From: Octopus sinensis
Lineage: Eukaryota
Direction: 5' to 3'
DNA length: 64,000 bases
NCBI RefSeq assembly: GCF_006345805.1
Contig: NC_043000.1
Location: forward strand, 29,884,001-29,948,000
Shown: positions 63,236 to 64,000 of the stretch, one piece after another
Position numbering within the stretch: position 1 is the first letter of the stretch
Layout of the letters: every line of letters starts with the position of its first letter
Made by a program: the position numbers and the translations under genes
The notes under the pieces: model-generated
The model's input: only the letters and a program-made list of their open reading frames with translations
What the model was told of the DNA's origin: nothing
Database searches by the model: none

Positions 63236-63654
63236 ATAACAGAGAAATCAACAGAGAGTTTTTGGCTGCTATTTCATGCAAATCGCTCATATTACAAAAT
63301 TTGGCTCCTATTACAAAATTTTCAATAGTGAGGTGGTGTTGGTGGGGAAGATTTTGTAGAAATATCTATTATAATTAGGGGTTTTAAAGATCTCGGTTGA
63401 AATAGATATATCATGCTTACATTTCTGCATTACACATAACCGATCGATCTAATAATAACATTTTGAACATAAATTTCTCCCGATTGTAAAATCAATAACT
63501 TTTGGCAAATTATTATAGTTTCGGAAAAAGTGTGTGTGTGTATCGTTGAATATACTTTTATTGCGCAAAGAACTAGACACACGCGGACACATACATAGAT
63601 ACGGAGATGTATAGATACATAAAAGTACAGCTATTTCCACACCACACACTACAC

Positions 63655-63870
63655 ACACGCATATATATATATATAATATATATATATATATATAATATAT
63701 ATATACATACATACATATATATGCTCACACACACACTCACATATATAGACATATATATTATATTCACAGACACATATCAACACACAAACACCGCATACAT
63801 ACAAACACGTACGTCAATGCTTGCATATATATATATATTCATACATATTATATACAATGTATATACATAT

Positions 63871-63968
<98 letters not shown>

Positions 63969-63985
63969 TATATATATGTATGTGA
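63655..63985. repeat. (TA)n/(CA)n microsatellite block
   Basis: Direct reading. Confidence 0.95.
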
Positions 63986-64000
63986 CGTGTGTGTGTCTGT

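Overview
Eukaryotic (animal) genomic DNA, AT-rich and crowded with microsatellites and transposon remnants. The repeat repertoire looks like a coleoid cephalopod, probably Octopus; this is inferred from recalled repeat families, not from a database search. No complete protein-coding gene can be identified. Almost every ORF in the supplied track is either a microsatellite translation or a transposon remnant. Supported content: (i) two very abundant tRNA-derived SINE families, one of which occurs as head-to-tail concatemers of a ~184-bp unit; (ii) decayed non-LTR retrotransposons of the CR1, RTE, L1/Tx1, R4/Dong and Penelope-like groups; (iii) three Tc1/mariner elements with intact TIRs and TA target duplications, a hAT MITE carrying a 20 x 35-bp G-rich minisatellite, a Helitron fragment and a cluster of long palindromic MITE-like elements; (iv) several weakly supported candidate exons of unidentified host gene(s). 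The most interesting signal is a set of at least six small, non-coding, hammerhead-ribozyme-like motifs of the minimal type-I (Penelope-associated) architecture. One has an intact CUGAUGA/GAAA core, several carry recurring core variants, and one is fused downstream of a tRNA-like Pol III head. Different retroelement clades also sit in different microsatellite types.
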